Notes under the pieces: model-generated
Database searches by the model: none
What the model was told of the DNA's origin: nothing
What the model saw: only the letters and a program-made list of their open reading frames with translations
In this document: positions 1 to 12,324 of the stretch, piece after piece
How the letters are laid out: each line of letters begins with the position of its first letter
Numbering within the stretch: the stretch's first letter is position 1
Program-made: the position numbers and the translations under genes
Assembly: GCF_000281045.1 (NCBI RefSeq)
Contig: NW_008246072.1
Coordinates: 1,212,455 to 1,257,742, forward strand
Origin: Saprolegnia diclina VS20
Taxonomy: Eukaryota
DNA length: 45,288 bases
Direction of reading: 5' to 3'

Positions 1-128
1 CTTCTTCGATGGCTCGTTCGACGAGATTCTCTGCCAGACTTTAGACAGCAGATCCTTACAAGGTTTCGTTAGTTCGTTCATTGGATCTCATGCAGTGAGT
101 TGAAGCCAGCACAAGGACTTTTGCTAGG

Positions 129-968
129 CTAGTACGCGGGAGAGTCTTGGTCACTGGCGCAAACCCGATCCACGAGTGCTTGGCCACTCGTACCCGACAG
201 CACAATCGTGGTCGTCCGGACGAGGTCGACTTCAACGTGGTTCTTCTTGGTTGCGCGCTTGGCGGCGAGGAGCGATGCCGCCTTGCCCTCGGTGTCGGCC
301 GCAGCGCGCAAGCCTTCGGCCGCTTTCACGGCGGCGTCGATGCGCGCCAGCTGCTTGACGTTCTCGACCTTGACCGTCTGCTCGTACTCGCGCTGCGTCA
401 AGCGTCACTATCGCGTCGTTGCGCAGCTTGGTGGCCATGGCCGACGCCGCGGCCGCCGCAATGTCCTTCTGGCCTCGGGCGCGAAGCACCTTGGCGTCGC
501 AGATCGACCGCTGGTCGATACAGAGCACCTCCATCTTGGCTTCGGCGTCAAATCGGAGCTTTTGGCGGCGAGTAAGTTCGCTTGTGGACTGCGACGAGGT
601 CCTTGACCTTGCGATCATCTCCTTTTGAATCGCAGTCAGAAGCTGTGTCTCTTCGCTGACGAGGATGCGCATGTCGTTCTCTTGCTTCTTTTCCTGCTCC
701 TCCATCTTCGTCTTGAACGCCGTCGTGCGCTCGAGCGTCCCCGAGAGCTTCTCCGGCAGCTGACGTTGGTCACCTTGGCGTTGTGGACGCTGACGCCGTA
801 GGCGCACACCTTTTGGTTGAGGTCCTTCTTCCTGCCACTTGCAAACTCCTCGCGGAGGTCGTCGACTTGGTCGTGGCGCACCGAGTGCACGAGGCGGATC
901 GCCTCCTCAGTGATCTGCGAGATGAGCTCGTTGAACCCGAGGAGGTAGATAAACTTGACGGCGTCGTC
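129..968 (-). pseudogene. Frameshifted 3' part of an SPFH/band-7 coiled-coil gene (copy 1), cut by the assembly gap
   Basis: SPFH-like text (DDAVKFIYLLG..ITEEAIR..DLREEFA..YGVSVHNAKVTNV..LPEKL..LERTTAF) and the coiled-coil tail are split over three frames (ORFs 636-1259, 232-807, 129-401) with no room for introns at the shifts. Confidence 0.65.
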
Positions 969-1178
969 NNNNNNNNNNNNNNNNNNNNNNNNNNNNNNNN
1001 NNNNNNNNNNNNNNNNNNNNNNNNNNNNNNNNNNNNNNNNNNNNNNNNNNNNNNNNNNNNNNNNNNNNNNNNNNNNNNNNNNNNNNNNNNNNNNNNNNNN
1101 NNNNNNNNNNNNNNNNNNNNNNNNNNNNNNNNNNNNNNNNNNNNNNNNNNNNNNNNNNNNNNNNNNNNNNNNNNNNNN
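969..1178. other. Assembly gap (210 N)
   Basis: Run of n characters. Confidence 1.
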
Positions 1179-1375
1179 CTTCTTCGATGGCTCGTTCGAC
1201 GAGATTCTCTGCCAGACTTTAGACAGCAGATCCTTACAAGGTTTCGTTAGTTCGTTCATTGGATCTCATGCAGCGGGTTGGAGGCAGCACAAGGACTTTT
1301 GCTAGGCTTGCACGCGGGAGAGTCTTGGTCACTGGCGCAAACCCGATCCACGAGTGCTTGGCCACTCAAGGAGCG

Positions 1376-2136
1376 CTAACTTATTCGCCGCCAAAAGCTC
1401 CGGTTTGACACCGAAGCCAAGGTGGAGATGCTCTGCATCGACCAGCGGTCGATCTGCGACGCCAAGGTGCTTCGCGCCCGAGGCCAGAAGGACATTGCGG
1501 CGGCCGCGGCGTCGGCCATGGCCACCAAGCTGCGCAACGACGCGATAGTGACGCTGCGCACACCTTTTGGTTGAGGTCCTTCTTCCTGCCACTTGCAAAC
1601 ACCTCGCGGAGGTCGTCGACTTGGTCATGGCGCACCGAGTGCACGAGGCGGATCGCCTCCTCAGTGATCTGCGAGATGAGCTCGTTGAACCCGAGGAGGT
1701 AGATAAACTTGACGGCGTCGTCCACCTGGAAGTTGATCGAGATGTCAATGTCGTTCATGACGTTGTCGGACGTCGCGCAGCGCTGGACCGGCGCCGAGTA
1801 CGTTACCGCGTGGTTGGTGACGATGTGCGAGACGCGGTAGTACGACGGCCAAAACATGTTGAGACCGGGCTCGAGGATCCCCGCATGCGCATTTTTGGTA
1901 GAGCACCCACATCTTGAATGGGGCATCGAGAAGGTGCGGGTACTTGCGCACAAGCACGAGCGGGATGCTGATGTCGTTGGTCTTGGCGTGCTCGGCCTGC
2001 ATGTGCTTGCGGATCGTTTTTGGACGACGATGCTGAGCTGCTTGGAGCCTTGCTTGGTGAAAGATGAAATGGGATCTCGAAGATGCCAGGACTTGTGGGC
2101 CCGTTGGGCATGGACAGAGGCAGTGCCAGTGGACAT
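1376..2136 (-). pseudogene. Rearranged SPFH/band-7 gene (copy 2): 5' half with frameshifts, 3' half partly deleted and partly inverted
   Basis: GILEPGLNMFWPSYYRVSHIVT..YSAPVQRCATSDNV..DISINFQV is an SPFH N-terminal region. The frame then runs into an inverted copy of its own coiled-coil segment. Confidence 0.7.
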
Positions 2137-2840
2137 TGTAGTGACGCTGTTTTGTACTACTCTATTTTGTGTACATGTAGTTGAAGGAACGAGCGGGAAT
2201 GACTCTCGCGTATGTGACCGCCTGAATCGCATTATTTTACTTGGATTTTGTATGCGAAGGAGTCCACTTGGCGATTTCTTCGACTCGTCAGCATGTCCAG
2301 CACCGTGGTGCATCGACGAATCACGAGTACTGCAAATACCCCTTCTTCCTTTCTAGACAGCATAAGACGCTGGGCTCTTGCAGTGGGACAAAGCTCTTGC
2401 GTGCATATGAGCAAGGGTCCCTTGATATGAGCTAGGGTTGTGGCTTCGTGAAGCTCTGGCAACGAACCATCCAGGAGTTTCCCGCGTGTCACACACGGAA
2501 AAGGGGCACGTTGAAATTTATATCTGGAGTCGAAGCTACTGTGCGCATCGACAAATTTTATCGACGACGGGTTCGAAGCGACGACCGGGTTCCTTGCGTA
2601 TCTCTGCGGCTTTCTGAGTTTCTGAGTGACGTGTGATCTCGATCCAAGATTCTAACCGCTGATACGACAAGCGAAAACAGATGTGTTGTTGCTGGCGTAT
2701 GTGTCCAACGCCGGACTCCAAAGCTCCACTGGACCCTTGCGACAACGTCGAGAACTTGGGATAGACTCACTTCAACGTCGAGAGCTCAGAGTACATGCAC
2801 GACGTGGTAGCGCGTTTTGAACCTGGAGGACAAACTCCAC

Positions 2841-2857
2841 CCTCAGTTTCCAATTTC
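2841..2857 (+). promoter_or_regulatory. Oomycete INR/FPR-like core promoter element
   Basis: CCTCAGTTTCCAATTTC about 10 nt before the ATG at 2868 resembles the known oomycete GCTCATTYYNCAWTTT element. Confidence 0.5.
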
Positions 2858-2867
2858 ATTTGTGAAC

Positions 2868-4367
2868 ATGACAACGTCCGAGAGCAAGGCCAAGGCCCAG
2901 ACGCACCTTCTCTACGACACGATTTGGCGCGTCGACAAGGCCAACGAGCGCTTTGGCTCGTGCAAGGACGGCAAGACGATTTTGATTCTGCAGCCCGGCC
3001 GGAGCCCGATCAAGCCCTACATTCGCATCCCCGAAGGCATGTACGCGATCGTCCAGCGCTACGGCAAGGACCTCGACTACGAGCACCCAGACGGGCGTCA
3101 CAGCCCGCTGTGGCCAGCGGGGTTTCACATGGCGTCCATCTTTACCAAGGTCGCGTACCTCGTCACCAAGCAAAACGTAGTCTTCAACACGCCCGTCAAA
3201 GGCTGCAAGACCGCCGATAACGTCACCGTCCACATCGACATGTGTCTCGTGTTTCGCATCATGGGCGACGAAGCCAAGGGCGAAGACCCAGCGCTCGTCA
3301 AGCGGTTCGTGTACGAGCTGGGGCCGCAGGGACTCGAAACGCAGCTGCGCAACGCCCAAGAGGAAGCCGTGCGCGCGCTTGCGCGAAGCGTCGAGCACAC
3401 CGAGGTCTACTCGCTCCGCGACGGCACGGTCAAGGAACGTATGGAGAACTCGCTTCAGACGCAGCCATCGGCGCCCATTGACGACTTGCTGTTTGATGAG
3501 GAAGAGACCAAGACGACGGACGAGACTCCCGTGCTCGCAATGCCCGTCAAGTACCTCCAAGTCGAAGGCGCGTCCGACGTGCCGGCAGCCAAGGTGCTCT
3601 ACAGCGTCACGGAGGACATCAAGCACAACCTCAACACGCAGTTCAACCCGTATGGCGTCGAGATCTCGTCGGTTGCGATCACCAACGTCTTTTTGCCGCC
3701 GAATTTCGAGACGCAAATGGAGGAGAAGACGACGTACCAGAGCGCGATCAAGGAGCAAACGATGAAGCAGATGAGCGACATGCAGCTGCTCCAGTACAAG
3801 GAAGAGATCGACACGACCAAGCTCTCCAAGCGCATGCGCCGCATGGAGGAGACCGAGGCGGGCAGTCGCCAGTGCGCCGAGATCCAAAAAACCATCGACG
3901 TCATTAAGGCCGACACGAAGCTTCTCGAGGCGCAGATCAAGCAGGAGCAGAGCGTCCGCTGCGCCAAGATCGTCGCCGACGCCGACCTCGCGATCGCCAA
4001 GATTGCCGCCACGACTGAGATGATCCAGACCGAGATCCAGGCTGCGTGCGATGCCGACGTGATGCAGATATACGCTGAGCGTGACGCGCTCCAGCTCAAG
4101 ATGAAGGCTGACGTCGACCGACTTCGCGCACTGGGCGAGGCCCGCGTCCAGGAGATCCTCGCCGAAGCCGAGGGTGCGGCGGCGACCAAGCTCGAGCACC
4201 AGCGCGCGTTCTTGCTAAAAATGCAGCGTCTCGATGTGACAAGCGCAATGGCTGCCAACAAGGACGTTGTGATTGCTGGCGACGGCAACAAGAACCTGCT
4301 TGCCGACGTCTTTGTCGCGCACCAAAAGACCAATCTGCTCCTCAACCTCCCAGGCATCTCGGCGTAG
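2868..4367 (+). CDS. SPFH/band-7 domain protein with long C-terminal coiled coil, intronless
   Basis: Open frame of 499 aa from ATG 2868; IPEGMYAIVQRYGK, KTADNVTVHID, QEEAVRALAR, FNPYGVEISSVAITNVFLP, then an Ala/Glu-rich helical tail. Confidence 0.85.
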   Translation: MTTSESKAKAQTHLLYDTIWRVDKANERFGSCKDGKTILILQPGRSPIKPYIRIPEGMYAIVQRYGKDLDYEHPDGRHSPLWPAGFHMASIFTKVAYLVTKQNVVFNTPVKGCKTADNVTVHIDMCLVFRIMGDEAKGEDPALVKRFVYELGPQGLETQLRNAQEEAVRALARSVEHTEVYSLRDGTVKERMENSLQTQPSAPIDDLLFDEEETKTTDETPVLAMPVKYLQVEGASDVPAAKVLYSVTEDIKHNLNTQFNPYGVEISSVAITNVFLPPNFETQMEEKTTYQSAIKEQTMKQMSDMQLLQYKEEIDTTKLSKRMRRMEETEAGSRQCAEIQKTIDVIKADTKLLEAQIKQEQSVRCAKIVADADLAIAKIAATTEMIQTEIQAACDADVMQIYAERDALQLKMKADVDRLRALGEARVQEILAEAEGAAATKLEHQRAFLLKMQRLDVTSAMAANKDVVIAGDGNKNLLADVFVAHQKTNLLLNLPGISA

Positions 4368-4658
4368 CTGAATGATAACTCTTTTATGTTCTTTGATTGG
4401 TTGGATCGAGAGTATCGACTTGACAATATGAAGCGCCTTGATCTGCATTGCGTCAGATCTCTTTATGGAGCTTGACGATGCCAGAGCATATTTGTTAAAC
4501 CGTCGACCATCTCGCACTGCGTCTTCTACTTCACAGAGTTGCTTTACCCGATTACGTAGAAGAGCCAGGTTGCAAGTTGAAATGGGCGGAAAAGCTCTCG
4601 CATCACCCTTTATCGCTTCCTGATACCCGTCGCGCTGCCTCTTTAGTTGAAGAAACGT

Positions 4659-5389
4659 ATGTCATCCCACACGACGATATTAAGCAAGCTAATGCTTGAG
4701 AAGCTGCTGCGCAAGACGAACCGCTACCTCGCGCACTTTTCGACGCCAGAAAAACTCGCGAATCCCAAGATGCGTGCCACGCTCATTGCGCTGAAGCGTT
4801 TCCGGGATGACATTGTTTGCACGCGTCTGGCGCGCACCTTCTCGGAACGTGCGCACTACTACCGTGGCCTCGCCGATTGCATCCGCCGCCTCAAGTGGCT
4901 CTCACCTGCGTATCGATGCGCAAGACTTACGCGATAATGTAATATCAGTATTCCTGGCGTTAAGAAGGTCGGCACATAAAATGACCAAACCTGGTGCCCC
5001 ACGAATGACGATTGTGCGATATCAGGGCTGAATACGAGACGTTAGCGTGGATTTTCACGTGTAGAGACGTTGTGGTAGCGAGACCGAACGAACATCTTCG
5101 CTCGCATCAGCAGCGTCTTGCCCCCTTGTCGTCGATGCTGGCGGCCTGGGTCAAAGCTTACGCCCGCGGCTGTGGACCCAAACACTATTGCAAACACACA
5201 GTTCAGGACCACTTTATCGCAGTCTGTTCGTACTTGAGATTTTGTCGACACCGCCGCCTCGCATGCCAAGCGGCAATGTCGATGCTACGAGGCCGGCCAA
5301 TCCAACGCCTCAGACTCGATTTCATACAGAATCCCACACGCTGTTGAAAACACTGTTTATCGGGAAATCCTGGCGGGTCGAAAGGCCGT
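4659..5389 (+). CDS. Possible basic helical hypothetical protein exons; may be the 5' part of the downstream gene
   Basis: Short Arg/Lys-rich frames (4647-4937, 5012-5347) separated by intron-sized gaps. Structure not resolved. Confidence 0.3.
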
Positions 5390-5522
5390 AGTCGATGGGA
5401 GTGGACCCATCACGACCGACTGACTGACGATGCCAAGTGCGACAACTGCGCCGATCCACGCCCAGCACCTCGTACCATTCGTTATGCCGTCGCTTTGCCT
5501 CCTATTGGCCATCACCATGTAG

Positions 5523-8233
5523 AGCGCCGAGAAGGACCTGCTCGTCACGCGCCTCCAGCACGAGCTCACGGCAATCAAGCAAAAGCTCGTCGAGCAGGTG
5601 AGCTCCGTTTGCACGACCACGACCTTGGAACCAGCGGCCGATAGAGCGAAGAGCTCGTCCAAGTCCGGTCGAGCAACCTCAAGCTCCAAGAAATGCTCAA
5701 GAAGAAGGAAAAGGACGTACGTGGCTCTGTCGCACCCCGCTAGCCATTGTCGCACCCTCGTAGTTGCAAAACGTGTTTGCAGTCATGCGCGAGGGCAACA
5801 CCCAAGGCGCTGCCAAGCGTCGAAAAGAAATCACCGACCGCCTCGTCAATGAGCTCCAGCAAAAAGCACGAGCTCGCGCCTTCCCCGTTTGGAGTTCATA
5901 GGCTCAGTAGGCGCACAACGCTGAGGCGCTCGCACAGACCCGCAAAGTGGAGCTCGACGAGCTTAAGTACAGCTGGTATCTACCAAGTCGTTTCAGCGAT
6001 AGAGGTCATGAGGTCAATGACGTTAGCAAGTCCCTCCGACTACAAGAGCTACATATGCAGGCCCAAGAGTACTATAAAGAAGTCCAGCGGCTGCGAGACG
6101 CACTTGCTGCGCAGCCAGCGACTGTGCCGTCGCCTCGGTACTCCGTTTCGCGAGGTACCATTCTCATGCCGAGGTAGGAAGGAGACGCGATTGCAAGCCA
6201 ACAACGTTGAGCCCGAAACGACGTCGCCTGCACCCAAGAAGGAACCATTGCCGCTGCCGATAGCTCTGCCCAAGGTAGTCGAGAGTCCAGAGCAAATGAT
6301 ATTGATGGGTCTGGAGGCCGATGTCTCGGCGTCGAAATTCGTCAAGCGCAAGAAGCAAGCCATCATCGAAGCCGAGTATCGGCGGCAGTGCCGCATTGCC
6401 GAGCTCGCTGCACAGTGCGAGATGGAAGAGAACATTCCGCGACAAGCCAAAAGACTGGCCAAGCAAGCTGCAATCGAAGCAGCTGCGCGGGAGCCCCCCA
6501 AGCTGATCGAAACGCCACCAATTGAGCTCAAGCTCCAGGTGAATCCTCCCATCGTCACCATTGCGAAACCAGAGGTACCATAAGAATGCACCTTCGCAGC
6601 GCCACCGGTGTTGTAGGTCCTTCCCACCGAGCCACCGAACTGTCTTCAACCTAATGCCTGGACATGTCCTGTCTGCTTGAGCAGCACCAACCCATGGTCG
6701 ACCATGTGCGGGACCTGTGGGACGGCCCGTCCATCGACCGAAGTCAACACGCCAGTGTTGTGCTCCATTTGCAGTCACCGACCGGCTACCCACTGCCGCG
6801 AGTGTGCTGCACCCATGGTCTCGACCGCGGTTGAGCCACCGTGGCTGGTGCAACCGCCGTCACCGCACATCAAGCCAGCGCAGGCGTCTCTTCTCGCGTC
6901 GTCCATTGAAGTCTCACAGCGTACGTATGACGCGTTGCTCGTCACGATCGAGAGTGCGCGGGGCTTGTACGATGCACAGTGGGTCGGGAAGCAAGACCCG
7001 TACTGCTTGGTCACATGCGGCGACATGTCGTTCCGGACTAGAACCCACGACGACGGCGGGCGAGACCCTGTGTGGCACCAAGAGCTCACGTTCCCCCCTC
7101 ACTGCCTCAACGCCCCTTTGGCGATCGAGATTAAGGACGAAAACTACCTGCACCACGACGGCTACATCGGCTGCTGTGAGCTTCCACCGACCGCGTGGCA
7201 ACTGGCCGATGTCGCCAACGTCTGGCTACCTGTGCAGCACCATGACGCACGCGTCGGCGAGCTCTGCGTCTCGATTCGAAAGCAGCTGGCAGCACCGACA
7301 CAAGAGCCAAACGTTCAAAGCCAGAGTGTTGTCGAAGATACCGCTACCGACGACTATGCAGAAGACTCGAGTGCTGTGGTAGAGGTCGCCCGAAACGTGA
7401 CGTCGTCACCGAGAGACCTCATTGCCGACTCGATGGAAAAATACATTGCTATAGTCGTCAAGGAGGAGGCGCCTCTCGAAGAGCTTGTCGACGACATGTC
7501 AGACGACAATGTGATCGCTGCGCCAGAGATGGCAGTGACGCTTGCGGACGAAGAAGACATTGTGGATGACGATGACGACGACGATGAGGCGAAGCCCGTC
7601 GACGATCATCTGGGCGATGCCAACATGGTAATGAGAGCCAATGACAGCGATAGCTCGGGTGTCGCCCCGGAGCCTCCCCTACGAGATGAGTCGACTGGTC
7701 CTGCCACTGAACCCCAAGGAATAGAGACGATCGACGCGTTACCAGCGGAAGACGAGACGTCGTTCAACATGCAAGAGGAAACGACGACGACGTTGCTCGC
7801 ACAAGGAGAAGCGACAGAGGATCTCGTCTCTCCGACTGCCGCTGACAACGTGGCGGAGGCAGTCACCAACGAAGACTCGAGTAAAACCACCCCTGTCAAG
7901 GCAGCCGAAACACATGCGCAACCAGCCGCTATCATCGCGAGCCAAAGCACCGAGCACGGTGACGGTGTCGAGTTGCCAACGAGGGCAATTCCGATGCAGC
8001 TGTCAACGCCGACACTGACCACTGCAATGTCTGAGCCAGTGCCCTCCGATCCGCCAGCTGCCACGCTAGATTCAACGACACACTTCGAGTCGGTGACCAC
8101 ACCAGATCCTACACCCGAACCATCGACCCTACCAGAACTAGCGACCACACCAGAGTCGACGGCCACACCAGAGCCTACGTACGAGACGACAGCTGCCCTC
8201 GACGACGACACGGGCAACGCAGAAGACGGATGA
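5523..8233 (+). CDS. Multi-exon protein: coiled coil, RanBP2-like/Cys-rich zinc fingers, C2 domain, acidic Thr/Pro-rich tail (5' end uncertain)
   Basis: Intron 6575-6616 (GT..AG) joins ..AKPE to VLPTE..WTCPVCLSSTNPWSTMCGTC; then CSICSHRPATHCREC; C2 motif LLVTIESARGL..KQDPYC..RTRTHDDGGRDPVW..IEIKDEN..DGYIG. Confidence 0.7.
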
Positions 8234-8256
8234 CGAAGAGTAAGAGCTTCTGGTTG

Positions 8257-10066
8257 TCAGATGGGGTCTTGGCGAGGCTTATTGGAGCTGCGCGGCGCTG
8301 CTAACGCGCCGCAGGCCGTCGGCTCGGAAGGGTTGGGCGGCTGGATGAGCACAAAAGTCGTCGGGTGGTCGGGCGGTGGCGGTGGCAAAATGGTGTCGGA
8401 AGGCGCCAGCAAAAACTCGTGGTAGAAGCGCCGAACGCGGAAGCGATACCCGAGGTGCAGACAAAGGAGCGTAAAAATACCGTGGTCCGCGATAAAGTGG
8501 GGAATTGGCATCCAATTCAGCTGATTGTTGACCCACAAGAGCGGAAAATACGTGAAAAAAACCACCGGCAGCGCATGAAACACCTACTCCCAAGTATCAA
8601 TCTGTCAACTCGAAAGTCAAGGGTACCCTTAGCTTTTCCATGATGGGGGTCGTGTCCGGGTCGATATGGAGCCGCACTTGCATCTCAAAGGTCAAGTTGC
8701 GGAGGCGCTTGACGTGGCGCCGAGCGTGGCTATAGTTGCTACATTGATACGATCAAAACAAAATGCGTCCTCTGTATAACTACCTAAACATGAGGTAGCA
8801 AGCCACGCTCCACTGGATCTGTTGCAAGACGCCAGGTCCACTCGCCGTGTTCGAGTAGAGCGACGCGTTGCGGCAGATGGTCCAGAACATCACAAACGTC
8901 CAGTCGAGCGAGATCCACGTCGGGTTCTCAAGGCCATTTTGCGTCACTTGGTAGCCGTCGGCGAGCATCAAGACGAGTTGGACCTACCGTTTTCATGATA
9001 CCCTAGCCCCAGAGATACATTTTACGGTGAAGCAGCGGCAGAGGAACTGCAAGAAGAGCGCGCCAACGACCGAGTAGCCAAACTGGAGAAAGATCTGAAT
9101 CGGCGCCAGTGGACTGGCGAACGTCACGCACGACAGCAGCGCGTACGCAGTCTACAGACTCTAATTCAACACGCAGAAATATGAAATCTAACTACCTCCA
9201 TGAGAGCGATGATGGCAAAGAGATAGTGCAGGCGAATGCACAGATACGGCTTCTTGAGCAGCGGCACGACCCAGAGCAGCGTCAGAACAATCCACAGCGC
9301 CGCGTACGCCATGTAAAAGCTCAGCAAGTCCGCAACGCTGTCGCCCAGACACCGGCCGTCACCGTCGCACATGGCGATGTCGATCTGGCCCGTGATATTG
9401 GGCGCAATCGTCGGCGACACTATGCAGTTGCTTCTCGCGTCCTCATCAGCCGCCGGCATGTCCGGGCACGCAAAGCACGTCGTATTCAGACCCGTCGCGT
9501 TCTTCATACAGGACGGCAGCCAGCCTACGAAGCTTAGATGGGCGATGCTTGATATACTGAGTATTCGATACCATGGGTGCCCCCGAGGGCTTCGCACGCG
9601 TCCAAAAAGATAAACTTGGGACCCGCGGACGCCTCCGAAACGCGGATGTGGAGGTATGTGATCGTGTGGTACTGGGTCGACGTCTGGTTATCTACGATTT
9701 TGAGATTCCATTTTGTGATTTTGAGATGTTGAGATTTGTCATACAGAGGCTCACAAAGCTCGACTGCCGTAGCGGAAACGTGCGGCACCCGGCGGCCGTG
9801 CCGAGCGTTCGGTTGACACAGTAGGTGTCGCCAAAGACCATCTCGTCGCAGAGCAAGAGGTACATCATGGTGCGGCCTTGGACGACACCGGGCGTCGCTT
9901 GAAGCGTCACATCGAGGTACACGACAGCCTCGCCGCCACGTGTAAAGTTGAAGATGTCAACCAGCGGGACGTGGTCCGAGCTCGACTGCACGACGTACGG
10001 CTGCGTGAACTCGATGCCGGTCACGAGCTTGAGCAGGACGCTTGTCAACAGCAGCAACAACATCAT
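8257..10066 (-). CDS. Signal-peptide, multi-pass membrane protein, possibly GOST (GPR107/TMEM87/GPR180-like) family; multi-exon
   Basis: Hydrophobic N-terminus MMLLLLLTSVLLKLVTG, a Cys-containing luminal region, then several TM segments (MAYAALWIVLTLLWV; LHYLFAIIAL; WTFVMFWTI; IFTLLCLHLGYRF). The family is inferred from topology only. Confidence 0.55.
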
Positions 10067-10397
10067 TTTGCCAATATGGGTACGAATTAGGAGCTAAATA
10101 TGGCCTCGGCCAGCGTATTGGCGCGTAAAAATACGGGTGCGGTTTGAAAAACGAAGAGATATTTTGTTTGTGGCATATGCCGAAGATACGCCGTCGACAC
10201 AGCGCACGCCAAGCGCGCGACATGGCTTTAACACTCCTGGATGCTGGATGCGACAGAGATACATATGAGGCAGCGCACGTTGGACCTGGCGCCAAAGTAC
10301 GTTAATAGCTCAATGGCTCTATTGCGTGGTCCGACGTGGTGGTGTGGGTTTAAAAGTGGCATTGGTGCCGAATCCGCCCACGAAATCCAGTGCGAGG

Positions 10398-11049
10398 ATG
10401 AGCGATGGCAGCGAGCCGGCCCGATGGGCCAAGATCCCCAAGCTCATCGTGTTTGATCTCGACTTTACGCTGTGGTACCCCGAGATGTATGAGCTTGCGG
10501 GCGCGCCCTTCCTCCGCAACAAGGCTGGCGTCGTCTCGGCCCGCGACGGCGAAGAGGTCTATCTCTTCGACGACGTCCATGCTGTCCTCGACGAAATCGC
10601 GACTGCGCCCGCGTTTGCCAGCACCGAGGTCGCTGTGGCCTCGAGCACCACGTACCCGCACTGGGCGCGCGACTGCATGGGCCTTATCCAAGTCCGAACC
10701 GACGAGGTAGCACATCTCCCATCGCCCACTTCTTGAGGCTAGCGTAAACCAGGCGAAGAAGCCCAAGGGCAAGAAGCCGACATCGCCACGCGTGCTCCAC
10801 AGCTTCATCGACTACCAAGCGATTTACCCCAAGAACAAGCAAGTGCATTTCAAGCAGCTCCACGAAGAGTCGGGCGTCGCGTACGAAGACATGCTCTTCT
10901 TCGACAACGAGCATTACAACATCGTCAACGTCCAGCAGCTCGGCGTCATTTGCGCCTACTGCCCTGACGGTCTCAACCTCGCCGTATGGAAGGAGGGCAT
11001 GGAGCGGTTCCAGACCAAGGCCGCGCTCGACGCTACCTCCGACTACTAG
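10398..11049 (+). CDS. MDP1: Magnesium-dependent phosphatase 1 (HAD class IIIC)
   Basis: PKLIVFDLDFTLW (DxDxT), VAVASST, IYPKNKQVHF, MLFFDNE..N; one intron starting at 10707. Confidence 0.9.
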
Positions 11050-11114
11050 ACTACATGAAGCGAAACTAAGAAAGCAAGTACAGAATGCTTTAGTAGATAG
11101 AGTACACCGCCTTC

Positions 11115-12324
11115 TTACGCGGCCGAGATGAGCTCACGCGCCCGCACAAAGATGGCGACAAGCGAAATGAGCTGGAGCGATTCGGACGTCCCCGAGCAGA
11201 GCCGGTGCTCGAGGTGTGCGAGCTGGTCGTAGACGTACATGCGCGCGGCCGGCGGCAGCTCGAGCTCGTTCGTGTTCTGGTAGACGTGCTGCAGAATGTC
11301 CGTGGTCGCATACCCTTTCTGGAGCTGCATCGCCATGCACTGCTTCACACTCTCCTCAAACGGCGCCGTCCAGAGCCAGTTGCAGAGCGCTGTCATGTCG
11401 GCGGGGAGCGGGTTGCCTGTGCAGAGATACACCTACACCACAATGATTTCGCAACCAATGCAAGCCCGAGACAGTCGTACGTTGGCCTCGTTCACTTCGT
11501 CATGGGCCATCGATGTGGCTTGGAGGATGTTGAGAATGCGTCGCATGTCGCCACCGCCGAGGCGCAGCACAGCTTGAAATCCGTCTTGGGTCATCGCCAC
11601 ACTAGCAGTGCATGAGATAAGCATGGCGACGAGGGGGACGTTACTTTTCGAGCTTGGCAATGTGCTCGACGCGGTCGCGGACTTGATGCTCCTCGAGCGG
11701 CGAGAAGCGGAAGCGCGTGCAACGAGACTGCAGCGCCGGGATGATCTTGCTCACGTAGTTGCAGATGAGGCAGAAGCGAGCGTTCTTGGTGTACTTCTCA
11801 ATCACTAGAGAGGCATGAGCGAGGAGCTAGGGTCGACAAGGCGATGGGCATACCGCGACGCAGCGCAAACTGCGCGTCGTTGGTCATGGCATCGGCTTCG
11901 TCGAGGATGATGAGCTTGATGCCATCGGAGAAGAGCTTCTTCGTGCCGGCGAATTCCTTGATCTGGTCGCGCACGACGTTGATGCCACGGTCGTCGGAGG
12001 CGTTGAGCTCGAGCACCATCGACTGGTAGTTGTTGCCGTAGAGGCGACGGGCGGCGGCGAGCATCATGGACGTCTTACCCGTGCCCGGCGGCCCGTAGAA
12101 GAGCAGATGGGGCATCTTCTGCGAATCAATGAGCCGGTTGAGCGTCGCGACAATGTCGGCGTGGGCGATGAGGTCGCTCAAGGACGACGGCCGGTACTTC
12201 TCGACCCATGGCCACGATTCGGTCGAGCGGTTCTTGGACGAGATGCCCTGGAAGCTATACATTCTCACTGTGATCTTACGCGTCGGTGGTCCATGTAGTA
12301 CCTGGGGTCAGCCTTGGCGTCCAT
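11115..12324 (-). CDS. RFC5: Replication factor C small subunit (RFC5 / yeast Rfc3 type)
   Basis: PWVEKYRP, PHLLFYGPPGTGKTS, LELNASDDRGI, LDEADAMT.DAQ.ALRR, ALQSRCTRFRF, GDMRRILNILQ, YLCTGNP; four short introns. Confidence 0.93.

Larger units (their letters stand above)
1..1721. repeat. Local duplication: 1-189 recurs at 1179-1367; about 401-580 recurs inverted at about 1376-1555; 802-968 recurs at about 1556-1721
   Basis: Direct read-through comparison; near-identical with scattered substitutions. Confidence 0.93.

Noticed and set aside
1..2136. Transposable element with inverted repeats
   Set aside because: The inverted segment is SPFH coding sequence; no transposase, terminal repeats or target-site duplication seen.
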